DNA from: Paraphysomonas bandaiensis
Taxonomy: Eukaryota; Protista; Chrysophyceae
Direction: 5' to 3'
DNA: 64,000 nt
NCBI GenBank assembly: GCA_965644295.1
Contig: CBFFRP010000461.1
Coordinates: forward strand, 62,001-126,000
In this document: one piece after another, positions 36,065-51,100 of the stretch
Layout: each line of letters starts with the position of its first letter
Numbering within the stretch: the stretch's first letter is position 1
Position numbers and translations under genes: made by a program
The notes under the pieces: generated by a model
The model's input: the letters and a program-made list of their open reading frames with translations, nothing else
What the model was told of the DNA's origin: nothing
Database searches by the model: none

Positions 36065-39000
36065 ATGGATGACACACTCAGTGAAAGGAGTACATTAAGT
36101 GTTTCTAGAGATTCAACAAAACTGTCATCAGCTCATCGTGATTTAGTTAAGACATTACGTCGAGTAGAGAACAGGTTATGTGCTGACTGTGATGCACCAA
36201 TTAGTCAATCCCATTATGCCTCATGTGTTCATGGTGTATGGATATGCAAAGACTGTGCAGAAGTTCATACGAATGTGCTTGGATATAATGTGAAGAGTTC
36301 GAAGGATGAATGGACAGAGGAGGAGCTCGAGATTATAACTAGCCAGTCCAATTTAAAAGTCAATGCTAGTTTAGAGCGATATATACCTTCAGGGTGGACG
36401 AAATGTACACCGAACAGCACTATGAGTCATAGAGAAATATGGATACAAGCCAAATATGATAGCAAGCTTTTTGTAATCCCTAATACGATTTCTTCGATGC
36501 CTGCTACTCCCAATAATTCAACAGAACAAACATCACTTTCGAGTGAAATCAATATTTTGCCGCCAAGACTGCTTGATTTTTTCCTTAGCGTTTCTGTAGG
36601 ACAGTGTACTGATTTTGGGTCAGATTTTTCTCTCATTAGTGTGGACAGTATTAATTTTAACCCTCAAATTACATCGTGCTTACCTGGGCTAAACCATTAC
36701 AAGGATACTCCAATCCCTAGTCATTTGGGATCATTCGTTTTTCCTCAAGGTGTTCACTTATCAAGTGAAGAAATTGCGCCTTATTTCTTCACGTTCGTAC
36801 TGGTGAGTGCTGATTTATGTTACACATTGTGTGGTGTCGCCTGTTTTTGTGTATATTTTCTAAAGCTGCTCGTGTAGACGGATGTGTCAGCAGTCAAGTT
36901 GTACGGCGGTGTTCTACAGATATACGAGTTGATTGAGCCAGAGGAGGTCGCTGCATTGCTTGGACACCCTCCTGGATCACCTCTCCTTCCGCAGATGAAT
37001 CTCGTATACATGCCTAAATCTCTTGTTCTTCTGTCCCATTACCCATTTTACAACCTTTTTCGGTGCAGCTTGGAACAAATATATCGTATTTCGCTTAGTT
37101 CCTCACCCTTGCCTATGGAGCGGTATATTTCTAACTTGCTCCAGGTTCCTCTCCCGCCTCATGGGTGTATAGAGGTGTCTTACTGCTCTCTGGCAGATTG
37201 CACTCTTACTATTTCTAGACCGCCGAAGAACCAATTACCTATGGTGGATTTCTCCTATCGGCCACTATTTACTTGCCTCTCTGTGGATAATATATTACTT
37301 ATATTTTCGTACCTCATGTACGAGCACAAGATATGCTTTGCATCGGATTCTATAGCTCTGCTGACGCCAATACAAGAGGCGTTCTTATCTTTATTTTTTC
37401 CTTTTGTGTGGCAAGGTGCATATATACCTGTACTACCGAGCCATATGCTAGATATTGTTGATGCACCAGTGCCATTAATGGTTGGAATCAATCGATCTGA
37501 ATACCCTAATTTCGGAGCTGATGATGACTCCTATCCCCAGGGTGTAGTCACTGTGGATATAGATAACGACCATGTGCACGTTGGGACTGACGATCACGGG
37601 CACCGCTTGCAACCTATCACGCTTCCACCACGAGAAGCATCTAAGTTGAAGTCGAAGTTAGTCGAGTTTGGAGCATGTATTCATCGTGTCAATGTGACGG
37701 AAACTTTGGGTTGCGCTGGTATATCATTCCCTCGAAACGAACATTTAGTTCCCATCAAAACATTTTTTACGGAAGACGGCGTAATGTTGAATCATTTTCA
37801 TGGTAGTCAGTCTATTACTCTCGCTGACACGAAGGTTCAAATCCCATATCAAAGTACTATTTCATCTGCTCATACGAAATCAGTGCTCAGTCCTGCCAAC
37901 AATGCTAATACAAGAGATGGATTTGACGCCAAAGAAATCCGATATGCTTTCTTGCGTTTTTTTTTATCAATATTCCGAGATTTTCAACAGTATATGTCAC
38001 AGCAAGAGACTACTGGCAACCAAAAAGAGAAACAAAAGAAACGTACCTCGAACGGGGTTATGGGTAAATTTAGCAGGGATAGTTACCTCACCGCCCATTC
38101 GGGATCGTTCTTTGCAAATTTGTAAGTATTTTTGTCAAGCTACCGTGAACAAAAGATTTTCACATTGTACACACTAAATGTGTAAAATTCATTGACGTTG
38201 TTCATATAGGGTCGATACACAAATGTTTACAAAGTTTGCTGAGGAGCGAGAGGCACTTCCAGACGAGCCCGAAATTAAATTTTTTGATGAGTGTATCATC
38301 GACAAACTCAATCGAAGTAAAACAACGTTGTCGAAATCTACCACCCCATTTCTAGACGATAGAAGGTGATTGACCATAGTGTGTATAGCTATATTGCATT
38401 ATATATATATTCCATTATTGTAATTGTTACGCGATGTGGTCTGATATTCGGTACTGCTTCCTATATACCTATCATTTTAATACGAAAATGCAGTGATGCT
38501 GTCCAGTCCACTTTTATTCCAGTGCAGCCTTCTAAACACGCGATTCCTCCCAATGCGAAATACGTGTATCCTAGGTTTCCTCAACTTAAATCGGAGCTGG
38601 TGGCTAGTTTTCGCCCTCCTCGGCAGCTTCAAAGGGGTCCCGAGAAGCGCCGATTGTTTAGCACCTCTGCTCAAATGCTTGCACTTGGTCAATCAGTGGA
38701 AAGGACAGCCAGGAGGCGTAGTTTCACGCTGAGTGAAAATGCAGTGGTGAATATTTTAGCGCATAGTAAAGCGAGATACAATCAACTGGATACTGCAGTG
38801 ACACAGTTCAAGAGCTACATTCGAATGAAGCCTATTCGCTTACAGTACAAGTGCAGTAGGAGGGCTTGTATTGTTATCCAACGCGCATATCGCAGGTGGC
38901 GCATTTGGCGTCTCAACGAACAGTACAATGAGCTACAGCATAAACTCCTCCGACGAATTCAAACAATTGCTCGTCGATATGTTGCACAGCAGATGTATAA

Positions 39001-39799
39001 GCGTCTCAAACGCAGTGCCATTACAGCCCAAGCACTATGGAGAATGATATACACCAAGAAATGGCTGGCCGCTCGTCGGAAAAAAGTCACACTGCTCCAG
39101 GCGCTATACCGTGGAAGATGTCAACGGAGAAGGTATCAAAGTATACTTCATGCCCTGGTGATTATTCAAGCGCGAATTAAAACACATCTTGTTTGTAAGA
39201 AGTATACTGCTATTCAACTTTCCCTGCAACAAAAACTGCGGAAAATTCTGTTTATGCTATGGAAGGCTTCCAATACGCCATTGGAATATAGGAGTAAGTT
39301 TTGGAGAGCATTGTCTGGCTCTGGCTTTTTCAGTATATGCGTATACCGGGAAGAAGTTTCAAATCTTTGGAAAATGTTGAAGTATAATTCTTCTGTTGTG
39401 GATAATATACAGGGAGACCTGTCGAGACTAGTATCTAATGTAGATGACTTAATGATTGCGGCAGAACGCCAGACAACGAACACACACGAATCTCCGGTGC
39501 TGGCGGCAGAGAGAACATCCCTGTACGATATTTTGAAAAGAGATCCTTCAAAAGTTAAGGACAGATTTTTTGAAGCATTTTCTATTCAAGGGGACAAGAA
39601 ACGCAAAAGAAATTTGACATCAACTCTCTTGTGGAGAGATTTAGAGCGGGCAGATGCGTCCGCTGATATTGTTCTGGATATCATCACTGTGACTTCGCAG
39701 GATTTAGTGAGATGGAAATCCGAGAGGACTGCAACTCGAATGCAGAGGAATTTAGCCGATGTAGTTCGTGCGTGTATGCATTCTGTGCGGATGAAATGA
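36065..39799 (+). CDS. ArfGAP-like zinc finger + DENN (Rab-GEF) + IQ-motif protein
   Basis: Exons 36065-36802, 36878-38121, 38210-38365 and 38494-39799. ENRLCADC..ICKDC and WIQAKY (ArfGAP). FVFPQG, FTFVL, PKSLVLLSHYPF, FPFVWQGAYIPVLP, DAPVP, FLRFF and DTQMF..F (u/c/dDENN). Several IQxxxRxxxxR motifs. Confidence 0.88.
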
Positions 39800-40803
39800 A
39801 TTTGTAATGATACCATGCATCGAAAGTTTTTGTGTGTTGCATATTATTCCTGTTGTATTTAGAGTAGGTTGCTGGTGTAATAATGCATATCTGAATATAA
39901 GAAAAATGTCGTGGGAGATCAGCCTACAATGGTACAATTACGAAATATTGCTATCAATATTCTAGCATATCAATTAATAAAGGGCCCAACTTCACCAATA
40001 AAACCATGTACACAATACTTAGAGTGAAGTTCAAATGTTTCTAGATTTCATCGTCGAAATTAGAATCATCGTCACCATGTTTCTCGATGTCATCGTCTGC
40101 CCCAAGTTCGCGGTCAAGCTCCTTCAGAATCGATTGTATTTCGAAAATATTTTATTGTGAGATTCGTTTTTTGAACTGTGGCTCAGTAACTATAACATGC
40201 ACCTTATGACTGACGCATAAAGTAAACTACATCGGTTTTATGGGATCAATATAGCAACTGACAGATATATGTTATCATCTATCAGCAGAATCGATAAGTG
40301 AATATCATTGTGATATAGCTGTCATCTGTCTTTTATATACAATCAACCTCGCAAGAATACAATGTTTGCATTAAATTGTATTACTTTTATATGTGTGAAA
40401 TATCAAAATTAATATCAATTATTAAGTAAGTAGTGGTAACTGATCAGCCTAATTTGTAAAGCATATTGTCAATTGTATTTACACAATTGCCACGATACTC
40501 AAGTACAATATATTCTTTCCTAGCACTTATTCTATAGTGTCTATAGTCCTGATAAAAGGAGAATATTAAATACTAATTACTACTTCTTTTGATCATGACT
40601 CATTTCTGTTTTCGGGGTGACTCTATCCTACACACATTGATTGATCGATTAATCTAATACAACTACACGTTGAACGAAACTACATGCTGCTGATTATTCA
40701 TATATTATATTGAAAGTCTTATTATTAGCAATAGGCGTTAAAAGTCTGCACCAACTTAGTAGCTAGATGAGCTAGACAAACTAGTTAGACCTCTACCTGT
40801 AAC

Positions 40804-41201
40804 TAATCAGTACATACTTTTTTAATCCTACTATTTAACGCTACGGAAGCTGCTTATGCGTCGCCGCAAGCACCAAGGTGCGACCACTTCCGCTCTGAGT
40901 TCTTAAGGTGAACATCCTGGATGCTTGACTTCAGCAGGCAGCCCAATATCCCGGTTACCCTTCAGGTGGGCCCTGTCCCGGATATGCCTGTTTATTCGTC
41001 AGGGCCCAAAGACGTCTACACAAATGACACTTATTGGTGTCCCTTGTACCACATAAGCATTCGGCTATATGCGTGGGCAGAACAATATCTGCTGACTATG
41101 TTTGCGGTTCACGTTAGTTTCCCAGAGAGAGTTTCTCCGGTACTTATCCCCCAGAACACCACGAAAAGGTGCGAGTCCGACTTTGTTGAGGGTGCTGATT
41201 A
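40804..41201. other. GC-rich, hairpin-dense non-coding island of unknown identity (ncRNA or element UTR candidate)
   Basis: About 50% GC against roughly 30% in the flanks. Many short stems, e.g. gggccctg/cagggccc, gacac/gtgtc, gcaga/tctgc, cggaag/cttccg, gcacc/ggtgc. No recognisable protein. Confidence 0.35.
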
Positions 41202-41531
41202 TTCAATTACTAGAATATATTGAAGAATGTATATGCTTTTATGCAACTCCCCTATTAGTTGCTCTATATTCTAGTTTCATTTACCTGTTGCTGGCTTATA
41301 CGAGTAAGTTCTACAAACTCTGTGAGTATATTTCTTCCGGATTTAGAAGAACGAGTCATATAGAAGCCGTATATAATAAGAGTTTGGTCTCACTGTATAT
41401 GATGGCATTATTATGTGTGTTTATCTCTGAATGGGCATTGATGTTTATATCTATAAGATACTGGACATGTATGTATCTGCTCTACCACTCAATGGTCATT
41501 CCACTGTATATCTGGACATCAATATATAGAA

Positions 41532-41682
41532 CGTATCGGCATCCTTCGTTTATTTTTGTTCCAAGATGCCTCTAATATTGAGACAATAATTATGTGTATT
41601 CCAGCCGTAGTTGTTGTTCAGTAATATAGAAGAATTTTGCTTCAATTTATTTCCGCAATATGAGATGCTGACTGCCGATACG
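41532..41682. mobile_element. ~150-bp MITE-like element with 10-bp terminal inverted repeats
   Basis: cgtatcggca (41532-41541) and tgccgatacg (41673-41682). A second, truncated copy is at 9326-9450. No clear TSD. Confidence 0.6.
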
Positions 41683-42195
41683 AATACTATAATACAGGAT
41701 CCAGTTCGTGCCGTTTGTCCCATCAATAGTCTTGCACTGCTGCACACTCAAAAGTACTGCACAGGAGGAGCAGCAAGACGAAAGAAGGGAATAATTGTTA
41801 ACAACAAAAAAAATGTACTGAATGATATGAAGTTACTGTTAGCATCTCACCTATATAGGTATACTCCTGCTGTACTAATGTATACAGAGAGTGGATACAC
41901 GATATATAGCAGCCAACTGTACACGTCTATGTCACAGTGGTCCACTTCACTGCTTTGATATACATATACATATCTACTTATTATTGTTCGACACAGTGAC
42001 AAAGTACAATTGACTAAAAGAATATAGACTTGATTCACCAATAGGAGAATCTATTGTCAAGTAATCACGTGTCTGAACCAACTTCTCGTTATATGTTATG
42101 ATTAAGATCTATATGGTGTGGAGTTACGCATCCTATTAATATATATATATATAGCTACATTACATTATTATACTTTGTACTGATCAATTAACAAT

Positions 42196-45100
42196 ATGAC
42201 GACACAGATTTATTTTACGATTGTATTCGTTTTGTCCTGTTTTACATCAATTTATGCAGGAGATTGCGATGTATCGTCTGGTCATTGTTATTTTATATTA
42301 TATAACACCAGCTTTCAAGATGCAATTGATACTTGTGCATACCAGGGAGCTTATATTGTTACCATCAATTCATATGATGAAAACACTTTCCTGTTGAACA
42401 CTTATGGATATTTGTCGTCATATGGGTATATCGGGCTTAACGATAGGGAGAACTTCGATGAGTTTGTATGGGCGGGAAATGATACATCATCTTACACGTA
42501 CTTTGATACGGATGAACCCGATGACATAGATAACTTAAATGGTGGACAGTATGCCGATTGCGTTGTCTTTGATTTTGCTTCTGGGTTTTGGGTTGATGTT
42601 GCATGCGAAGGCCATGAAATTTATGCAATCTGTGAATACACTCAGACACGAACACCAACACTTAGTCCCACAGTACACCCAACAAAGCAACCGACAAACC
42701 TACCGACAGGGACACCGTCACAAAAACCGGTATACTATTATCCTCCGACGTCTCTGCCGTCGTCCGTACCTTCGTCGTCGCCTACAACTCAGCCGTCTAG
42801 AAACCCTACACAGCACCCAACATTGCAACCTACATCGACACCTACAACGACGCCAACTACATTACCTACATTGTCCCCTACTCCTGTACCAACATCAAAA
42901 CCCACTGCGTCTCCTACATCGTCTCCTACTTCTGTTCCCACTAAATTCCCAACTGTGCCACCTACATCATCCCCTACTCCCGGTCCTACTCCATTCCCTA
43001 CAACATCACCTACATCGTCCCCTACTCCTGTTCCAACACTAAACCCCACTGCGTCGCCGACATCGTCCCCTTCTCCTAGCCCTACACCAAACCCAACTGC
43101 GTCACCTACATTGCACCCTACTCCTGTTCCAACATCGAATCCCACTGTAACGCCTACATCTTCCCCTACTCCTAGCCCAACATCCAACCCTACTGTGTCG
43201 CCTACACCTTCCCCTACGAATTTTCCTACACTATACCCCACTGTATCACCAACATCTTCCCCTACCCCTAGCCCAACATCCAACCCCACTGTGTCGCCTA
43301 CATCTTCCCCTACTATTGTTCCTACACCAAACCCCACTGTATCGCCGACATCTTCCCCTACGAACTTTCCTACTCCGTACCCTACTGCATCACCGACATC
43401 TTCCCCTACTCCTAACCCAACATCCAACCCCACTGTATCACCGACATCTTCCCCTACTCCTAACCCAACATCGAACCCTACTGTGTCGCCTACACCTTCC
43501 CCTACCCCTAGCCCAACATCCAACCCCACTGTGTCGCCTACATCTTCCCCTACTATTGTTCCTACACCAAACCCCACTGCGTCGCCTACATCTTCCCCTA
43601 CGAATTTTCCTACACTGTACCCCACTGCATCACCAACATCTTCCCCTACTCCTAGCCCAACATCCAACCCCACTGTGCCGCCTACATCTTCCCCTACTCC
43701 TAACCCAACATCCAACCCTACTGTGTCGCCTACATCTTCCCCTACGAATTTTCCTACTCCGTACCCCACTGCATCACCAACATCTTCCCCTACTCCTAGC
43801 CCAACATCCAACCCCACTGTGTCGCCTACATCTTCCCCTACGAACTTTCCTACTCCGTACCCTACTGCATCACCAACATCTTCCCCTACTCCTAGCCCAA
43901 CACCCAACCCCACTGCGTCACCTACATCTTCCCCTACGAATTTTCCTATACCAATTCCCACTGTATCACCTACATCTTCCCCTACGAACTTTCCTACACT
44001 ATACCCCACTGCATCACCTACATCTTCCCCTACGAACTTTCCTACACTATACCCCACTGCATCACCTACATCTTCCCCTACGAACTTTCCTACACTATAC
44101 CCCACTGCATCACCAACATCTTCCCCTACTCCTAGCCCAACATCCAACCCCACTGTGCCGCCTACGTCTTCCCCTACAAGTTATCCCACAGAATACCCGT
44201 CACTATTACCTACACAAGAGCCTTCTCTAGATCCGACACCGAGTGAAAGACCTGCAGTGACTTCAATTCCAACTCCTGGAATAGGTGAAACAGCTACACC
44301 AACATCTGTAGGAAGTTCCACCCCAACAATTGTAGTAACTCCTGGGATAGGTGAAACATCTACACCAACATCTGTCGGTAGTTTTGTTCCGACAGTTGAT
44401 AATGGTGAGACTGTTACTCCAACAGTGGTAGTCGTAAGCCATGTACCCACTCCTGGAATAGGTGAGACAGCTACACCAACATCTGTAGGAAGTTCCACCC
44501 CAACAATTGTAGTTTCAAGCCATGTTCCAACTCCTGGGATAGGTGAAACATCTACACCAACATCTGTCGGTAGTTTTGTTCCGACAGTTGATAATGGTGA
44601 GACTGTTAATCCAACAGTGGTAGTCGTAAGCCATGTACCCACTCCTGGAATAGGTGAGACAGCTACACCAACATCTGTAGGAAGTTCCACCCCAACAATT
44701 GTAGTTTCAAGCCATGTTCCAACTCCTGGGATAGGTGAAACATCTACACCAACATCTGTCGGTAGTTTTGTTCCGACAGTTGATAATGGTGAGACTGTTA
44801 ATCCAACAGTGGTAGTTTCAAGTCATGCTCCAACTTCTGAGATAGGTGAGACATCTACACCAACATCTGTCGGTAGTTTTGTTCCGACAGTTGATAATGG
44901 TGAGACTGTTAATCCAACAGTGGTAGTCTCAAGCCATGCTCCAACCTCTGAGATAGGTGAGACATCTGCACCAACATCTGTCGGTAGTTTTGTTCCGACA
45001 GTTGATAATGGTGAGACTGTTAATCCAACAGTGGTAGTTTCAAGTCATGTTCCCACTCTTGCTGGTGGAGATACCGCTGAGCCAACTGGTTTTTCTCCTA

Positions 45101-48100
45101 CACGAACTCTACATCCTTCAAGCGTAGATCCAAAGTCGGAAACGCCTTCGTCTTCCCCGTCTTTACCTTGTCCAACTCCTGACTTTCACTGCAAGTACAG
45201 GAATATGTCCGTGTTTTCAGATTCAATGTCAAGTTTTGACTATGACTTGTTCTACACCACCCGAGACTCTACCTCTGTAACGAGTATTGCTAATCCTGAG
45301 CAGTTTTTTTGGACCGTAGATGACGATGACTTTGTTCCATTTGACGTAGAATATTATGCCATTGAGGCGTGGGGCTTACTGGATATTACAAATAATCAGG
45401 GTAGCAATACACATACGTCAGTGTGTTTCCATGCGTCTTGCACGAACGAGGCGATCGTAAGCGCCATTACTCGCTCCTTGATAGAGAATACTTACGAGAC
45501 GTTTAACTGTGGTAATTGTACCTGGAGAACAGATTATGGAAAGCTATACACCACATGTGGACATTTTAACTGTCCATGCTCTATAGAACAACCACATAAC
45601 TACTTCGCTGTGAGTAACAATTGGGGGTACTGGAAATGTCAACAGGGTGATGGTGCTGTGGTTGTAGATAGAGGATCCGTACTTGGTTTTAAATTACGGG
45701 AAAAGGTAGCTCCTACTGTTCCTGTGCTTAAAAGCGTCACCGGTCCGTGCTGCGGTAACGTGGTGACTACGTACACTACGGTGAATGTAACGGTGTCCGT
45801 TTCCACTTACGGAGGGCTTGTGTATTGTGGGGCGTTTTCCTCGGCTAATGTGATATCAAGTGTTTCTGTTATAAGTCAGCAAGGGCACTATGGCGTGATT
45901 CCATCTGCTGATGAAGTAAGTTTGAGTACTATTACAATTTCTGTGGAAGTGGGATTGCGGCATCTTGTAGCGAATGCAAGCAGCAGTGTAGCTTGTTACT
46001 GCGAAGATACTATCGGGAACCCGTCCTCGCTAGATGATGCCATCAATAAAGCTATCATTGTTGTACCATCTTATTGCAATGATGCTGACTTAAGACCACC
46101 CCCAAGTGGTTATGGTTTGAGTAGCCTGCAGGACTATTATACTCTCGAAGCGTATGAGCTATCGTACTACACACTTACTTTGGCGTTAGGAAGCTCTCCC
46201 ACAGAGACTGTTATTACGTCGTTGGTATTCTATGACTTCGGAACTTTGAATAGACGCGATGATGTATTCGTTTACAATAATCTTACCTTCACAAGTGCCG
46301 ATGAGGGGGATGACTTGATAGGCACATTTGTTGTGTATGGGGCAGTTGGACACTTCGATATCAGTGTCGTTTATTTTGGTCCGAGTGCTTATGAGTTTTG
46401 TGCGTATCATAACGCTTTGCCGTCTATCCGCATAGTTTCCGAGATTTCTGCAGCCCCATCACTCCTCCCGTCTCTAAACGGAACTGCTTATTTCACCGAA
46501 TCAGGACTGAGAGTTGTTGTTTCATTCAGCCGCCCCACGGATTATGCAGCTACTGTAGTGTCGACAGATTCATGGAAGTGTAGTTTGGTGTTCAGTTTTA
46601 CAGGGGCAAATGGAACTGAATGCCAGTGGCGTAACTCATCAACGGTTGTTATCGCTCTTAATAGCCACCATTCTTCAACTGAGAACATTCTTTCGCCTGG
46701 CGATACCATTATGTTGCGTCCCAATGTTGTTAAAGGATTTTGTTTCAGTGGCTCTTGTGTTAGTGCTCCTTTCGCCCCATCCTCCGCGACCATTGTTGCA
46801 GTGCCAAGTATTCATGTCAACGCGCGGGCAGTTTTGGTGGGACCTACATCAGTATTGAATTGCGAGGATTTGGTTATTGATCCCACCTTGTCCAGTGGCC
46901 ATGGATTGCGGCCATGGAAAACCATACGTTGGCGAGTATTCTCTGGGGACGGAAGCGATGTCTCTGAAATAAGAAATTACTTGACATCTATTACTTCAAC
47001 GGATGTTCCTGTTGTCATTCCCAGTCACATGTTGCATAATACGACGTATTTTATTTCTCTGGGTCTCAGAAACTTTATGCAAGAAAACTCTGATAGCCTT
47101 GTGTATAGCTCTGTTGAAGTCAGTGTTCTCTTAGACCAACCTGTACTTACTGTGTCGATCTCATCTGCTCGTAAGGTTTCTGTCCAGCTGTCATCGTTTC
47201 TATACTTAAGCGCTCAAATAGCAATGACAGATTGTGCGAATACCAACACTGGTAACAATTCTATGGATTATACGTACAAATGGACTGTGTACAAGAACTA
47301 TGTAGTGGATAGAACGGTAACGTCAACGTATCCACTGAATCCATCAGTATTCACATGTCCCGGTTCGTCCTTTAGTCTAGGTAGTACATACCAAGTGGTG
47401 TTGGCTGTGACTGCGACGTCTGGATCACAGTCTTGGACGTCGTATGACAAAGTATTTGTAGAATCAGTACAGACATCTGTTCGGGCTATAATATCGGGGG
47501 GACTTACCACTGTATCTTCACCTCATAATGCTCCCCTTATGTTGGATGGTTCTGAGTCTCTTGGCTCAGCGTTGTCGTATGCCTGGAGCTGTCGAATTGC
47601 TTCTGTGACGAATTTTGGGGCCAACTGTTTGAGTATTCTTGGTATATCATCGTCGGAGGCTTCTGCATCTGCTTTGAGTATTGCAGCGTCAATTCTATCT
47701 GCTGGAGTTAGGTATAGATTTACGTTGACAGTATCTGGGGCATACGCTTCTACCAAAACGATTCACTCGGCCTCCGTATTAGTGATATGTCCATCTGTGT
47801 CCCCTGTGTCTACTATCAAGATAAACTCTCCGCTTCCTGTATACCCTTTCAACCCTCTGGAGCAGTTTAAATTTTACGCCTCTGTTACATCTCAGTTTAG
47901 TGAGGGTGCTAATTGTACATGGAGTCTACACTCTGCTAGGTCTGAATTAGAGGCTACTGGTACTGCTGCCTCAATTGCTCCAGTGCGGAGATTTTTTTCT
48001 TACTCGCAACTAACGAACGGCGTGGACTTTCCGCTTGGACTCAATCCTGGCAGTTTGACTGCAGGAGTTGAATATACTTTCCGTTTAACGGTAGAGCAGC

Positions 48101-51100
48101 TGGGTATGCCTTCGGCATATATTGACATAAGGATGAACGGAAACACTGCACCCACAGGAGGGAATTTTTCTGTATCGCCGTCTTCTGGGTATTCATACAG
48201 CACAGAATTTCGTATGATTGCCAATTCCTGGGTTGATGATGCTACAGACTACCCATTGCGATACCAATTTGTATATCAGATTGGTGCCTCGTTTGATTGG
48301 AGTAAGACTTTTTCACGTGCCAACTCTCGCAGCACCTTGGCATACACCTCAACAACACTACCTTACGGAGAGCCGTCGGAGCATGATACCATTACAGCTG
48401 CTGTAATTTGTATAGACGTGTGGGGAGCGGAGGCGACTTCCTACTTCTTGGTTACTGTATCCCCAACATCTAGAAGACGCCTGTCGTCTGACCCTCTCAG
48501 TGCGTTGAGTGTTGCACTTAAAAGCAATCGCGTGCACGATTTGTTGGAGATTTATCAAGAAGCAGTCAATGTTATTAACGACGTAGCTCGGGCAGATTGC
48601 AGCGCGGCTCCAGATTGTAGTGCTCTCAACAGGGAGCCTTGTGTTGGAACAAGTCATACATGTGGGTCTTGCCTTTCCGGATATGCTGGAGTGTATGGTG
48701 ATTCTAATTATCATTGCCATGAGATAAGTTATCCGGCTCATTCGGCAGGGTACGAGTGTAATTCGGACTCTGAGTGTTTTTTGGGTTATTGCGACGGTGG
48801 CGTTTGTGTCCCACCACCGAAGCCCTGCCCGGCAGGTGGACATGATGGCTCCTCGTGTTCTGGTCATGGTGTATGTTCATACATGTATGTAAATGGTGAG
48901 CCATCAGCGTCACGTGAGTGCACTGTTGATAAATCGACGTGCCATTCGTATTGTTTGTGCGATGATGGGTACGGAGGACGGGACTGCAGCTTTACCGAAA
49001 TTGAGCTTAGTGAAATTAGTAATGCTCGAGGAAACATGTGTGAATACTTGGTCGATATAGCGGAAAAAGATGCGTTTATAGATGAAACTTTTTCCGCAAT
49101 CGTGAGCTACTTGCTGCAAGTATACGATCCCTCTGCGGTTGTGTCTATTGCTGATATGTCCAAATGCGAATCTGCTCTTCGCTATGTGACTGGTGTTTTA
49201 TCCGGAAGTAGTGATGGAAATATCGATGCCTATACACATATGGCAGGTGCTATTTCTGAATTTGCCCAGTCTAGCAGTTTTCTCGTTTCAGACAGTGTCT
49301 ATAATGCACTCGATGCGTTGGAAGCAGCTGTGCTCGATGGTATGATAGCTGGACAGCAACCAGTAGAATTTTTGGTAGACAGCTTTAGGGTATCTTACTT
49401 GTACATTAATCTCGAAGATTTGTCACTGTTATCTGCCCCTCGAACAGAGAAAGAGATACACTATAGCTCTCCACAGTACTCAATGTCTCTTCCTGCTAAT
49501 GGCCTTGAAATGTGCGAAGCGTTTGATGATTATGCTAAGGTTGCTGTCTTACTGTGGAACGTAAATCCCCAAAACATGGATGATTCAGATGTAGACAGCA
49601 GATTTTTTACTGTTGCCACGTATGCAACGTCCGTATCTAGTAATGATAGCACGCTGGCGGTTGATAAGCCGGACCATCATTATGAGCTTACCCTCCAATT
49701 GGATAGTACTATTAACACATCTCTTGTTGAACCTCTTTGCAAAGAGTATAGCTTCAGCACTAATATCCTATCTGATTGCACTTCTTGCATTATTAGCAAT
49801 TACGAGGCAACAGGTGCTACGATTACATGCTACGATGCCGTCGACTACTTCTGCCCTTCAGTGCAGGGCGGTAGTGTTTTGGGCGCAGCAGTTAGGCGAC
49901 TTCAAGCAGCAAACGACAAAGCCTATACTTTATCCCTGTCAACTATTATGGAGCCCAGTACACAGTCGTTTGATACCGACAATGTTACACAAAGCACTGC
50001 CCTGCTCTCATTTACCAGTGCATGGCTATTCGTTACAATATTTTCATTTTGGGGGTTGTACATCTGGGATAAGAGAGACAAGGAGGTTTTGGGAGCTCAA
50101 GAAGCAGACAAGGAAGGGTATCTTTCAAGTGACTTTAATCTTACTGCAGCGTTTGATAAGTCAGGTCGTGGCTGCGATACTCAAGTTAATCTAGTCGGCA
50201 TATCGCGGCAGTCGTTTGAGTTTGCAATATCACCAAGGAATCGTGCTGCGAAAAATGAGCCGATCGAAAGGGCGTCTTCTTTTAGATACTCAGCCATTTT
50301 TCATCGCAGCTCGACGTTTGCAGGGCGCCAAGAGCCGAAGAGGCGCCCTGCAAAGAAACTGTCAGTGGCAGAGCGGGCGTCATCGTTTAGACACTCTGCT
50401 ATATTTCCTCGTAGCTCATTGTTTGTAGAAACTTCAACTATGAGTAAAACTGGAACGGCAGATGCTCATCGTGTCAAGCCATTGTCTCCTATCCCACAAT
50501 CTCCTTCTTACAAGTATATTATTGGAGATGAAAATAATCCAGATTACCAGCAAACTGGTTCACATAAACAATTTAACGAGCCCGAGGACCCGGTGATGCG
50601 TGTGTGGGCTGCGTTTCCCTCGACCTCCTTTTTGTCAGAGCGCGACTGGTGGATCTGTATTTATGACGCTGTTTGCCGCAACCACAAGTGGGCACGCATC
50701 TTTAGTTATTCTTCTTTACGACTCCCTCGAAATATCCGTTTTCTAGTCGCAGCAACTGATTTGCTTTTTATAATGTTTACACTTACGGTGTTTTACAGCC
50801 TATACTATCCTGACGACAATCGGTGCGAAGATCTCTCTGGAACCACTGAAGCGAGGTGCTTATCTTTGAGTTCGAATTTTGAGTCAAATGAATCGCTTTG
50901 TAGTTGGAGTAATGATGGTCGTTGTGAAATGAAGGAGATCAAGCTGGATCTAGTATTTATTGTTCTGGTGACTCTAATAGCAGTAGCGTTCTCAGTTATT
51001 CCGAGAGATATGATAAATGCAATACTGGTGAAGATATGCGCTAAGCGTCCATGTTTACAGAACATGAGTTGGAGTGGTATATTTTTATTCTCAGAGCCGA

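Noticed and set aside
40960-41010. Hammerhead ribozyme suggested by ctgacga on the minus strand
   Set aside because: No stem II followed by GAAA in the required position.
42789-44690. Long antisense Gly/Val-rich ORFs (454 aa, 169 aa) and the 304-aa alternative-frame ORF
   Set aside because: Expected stop-free shadows of the Pro/Thr coding repeats.
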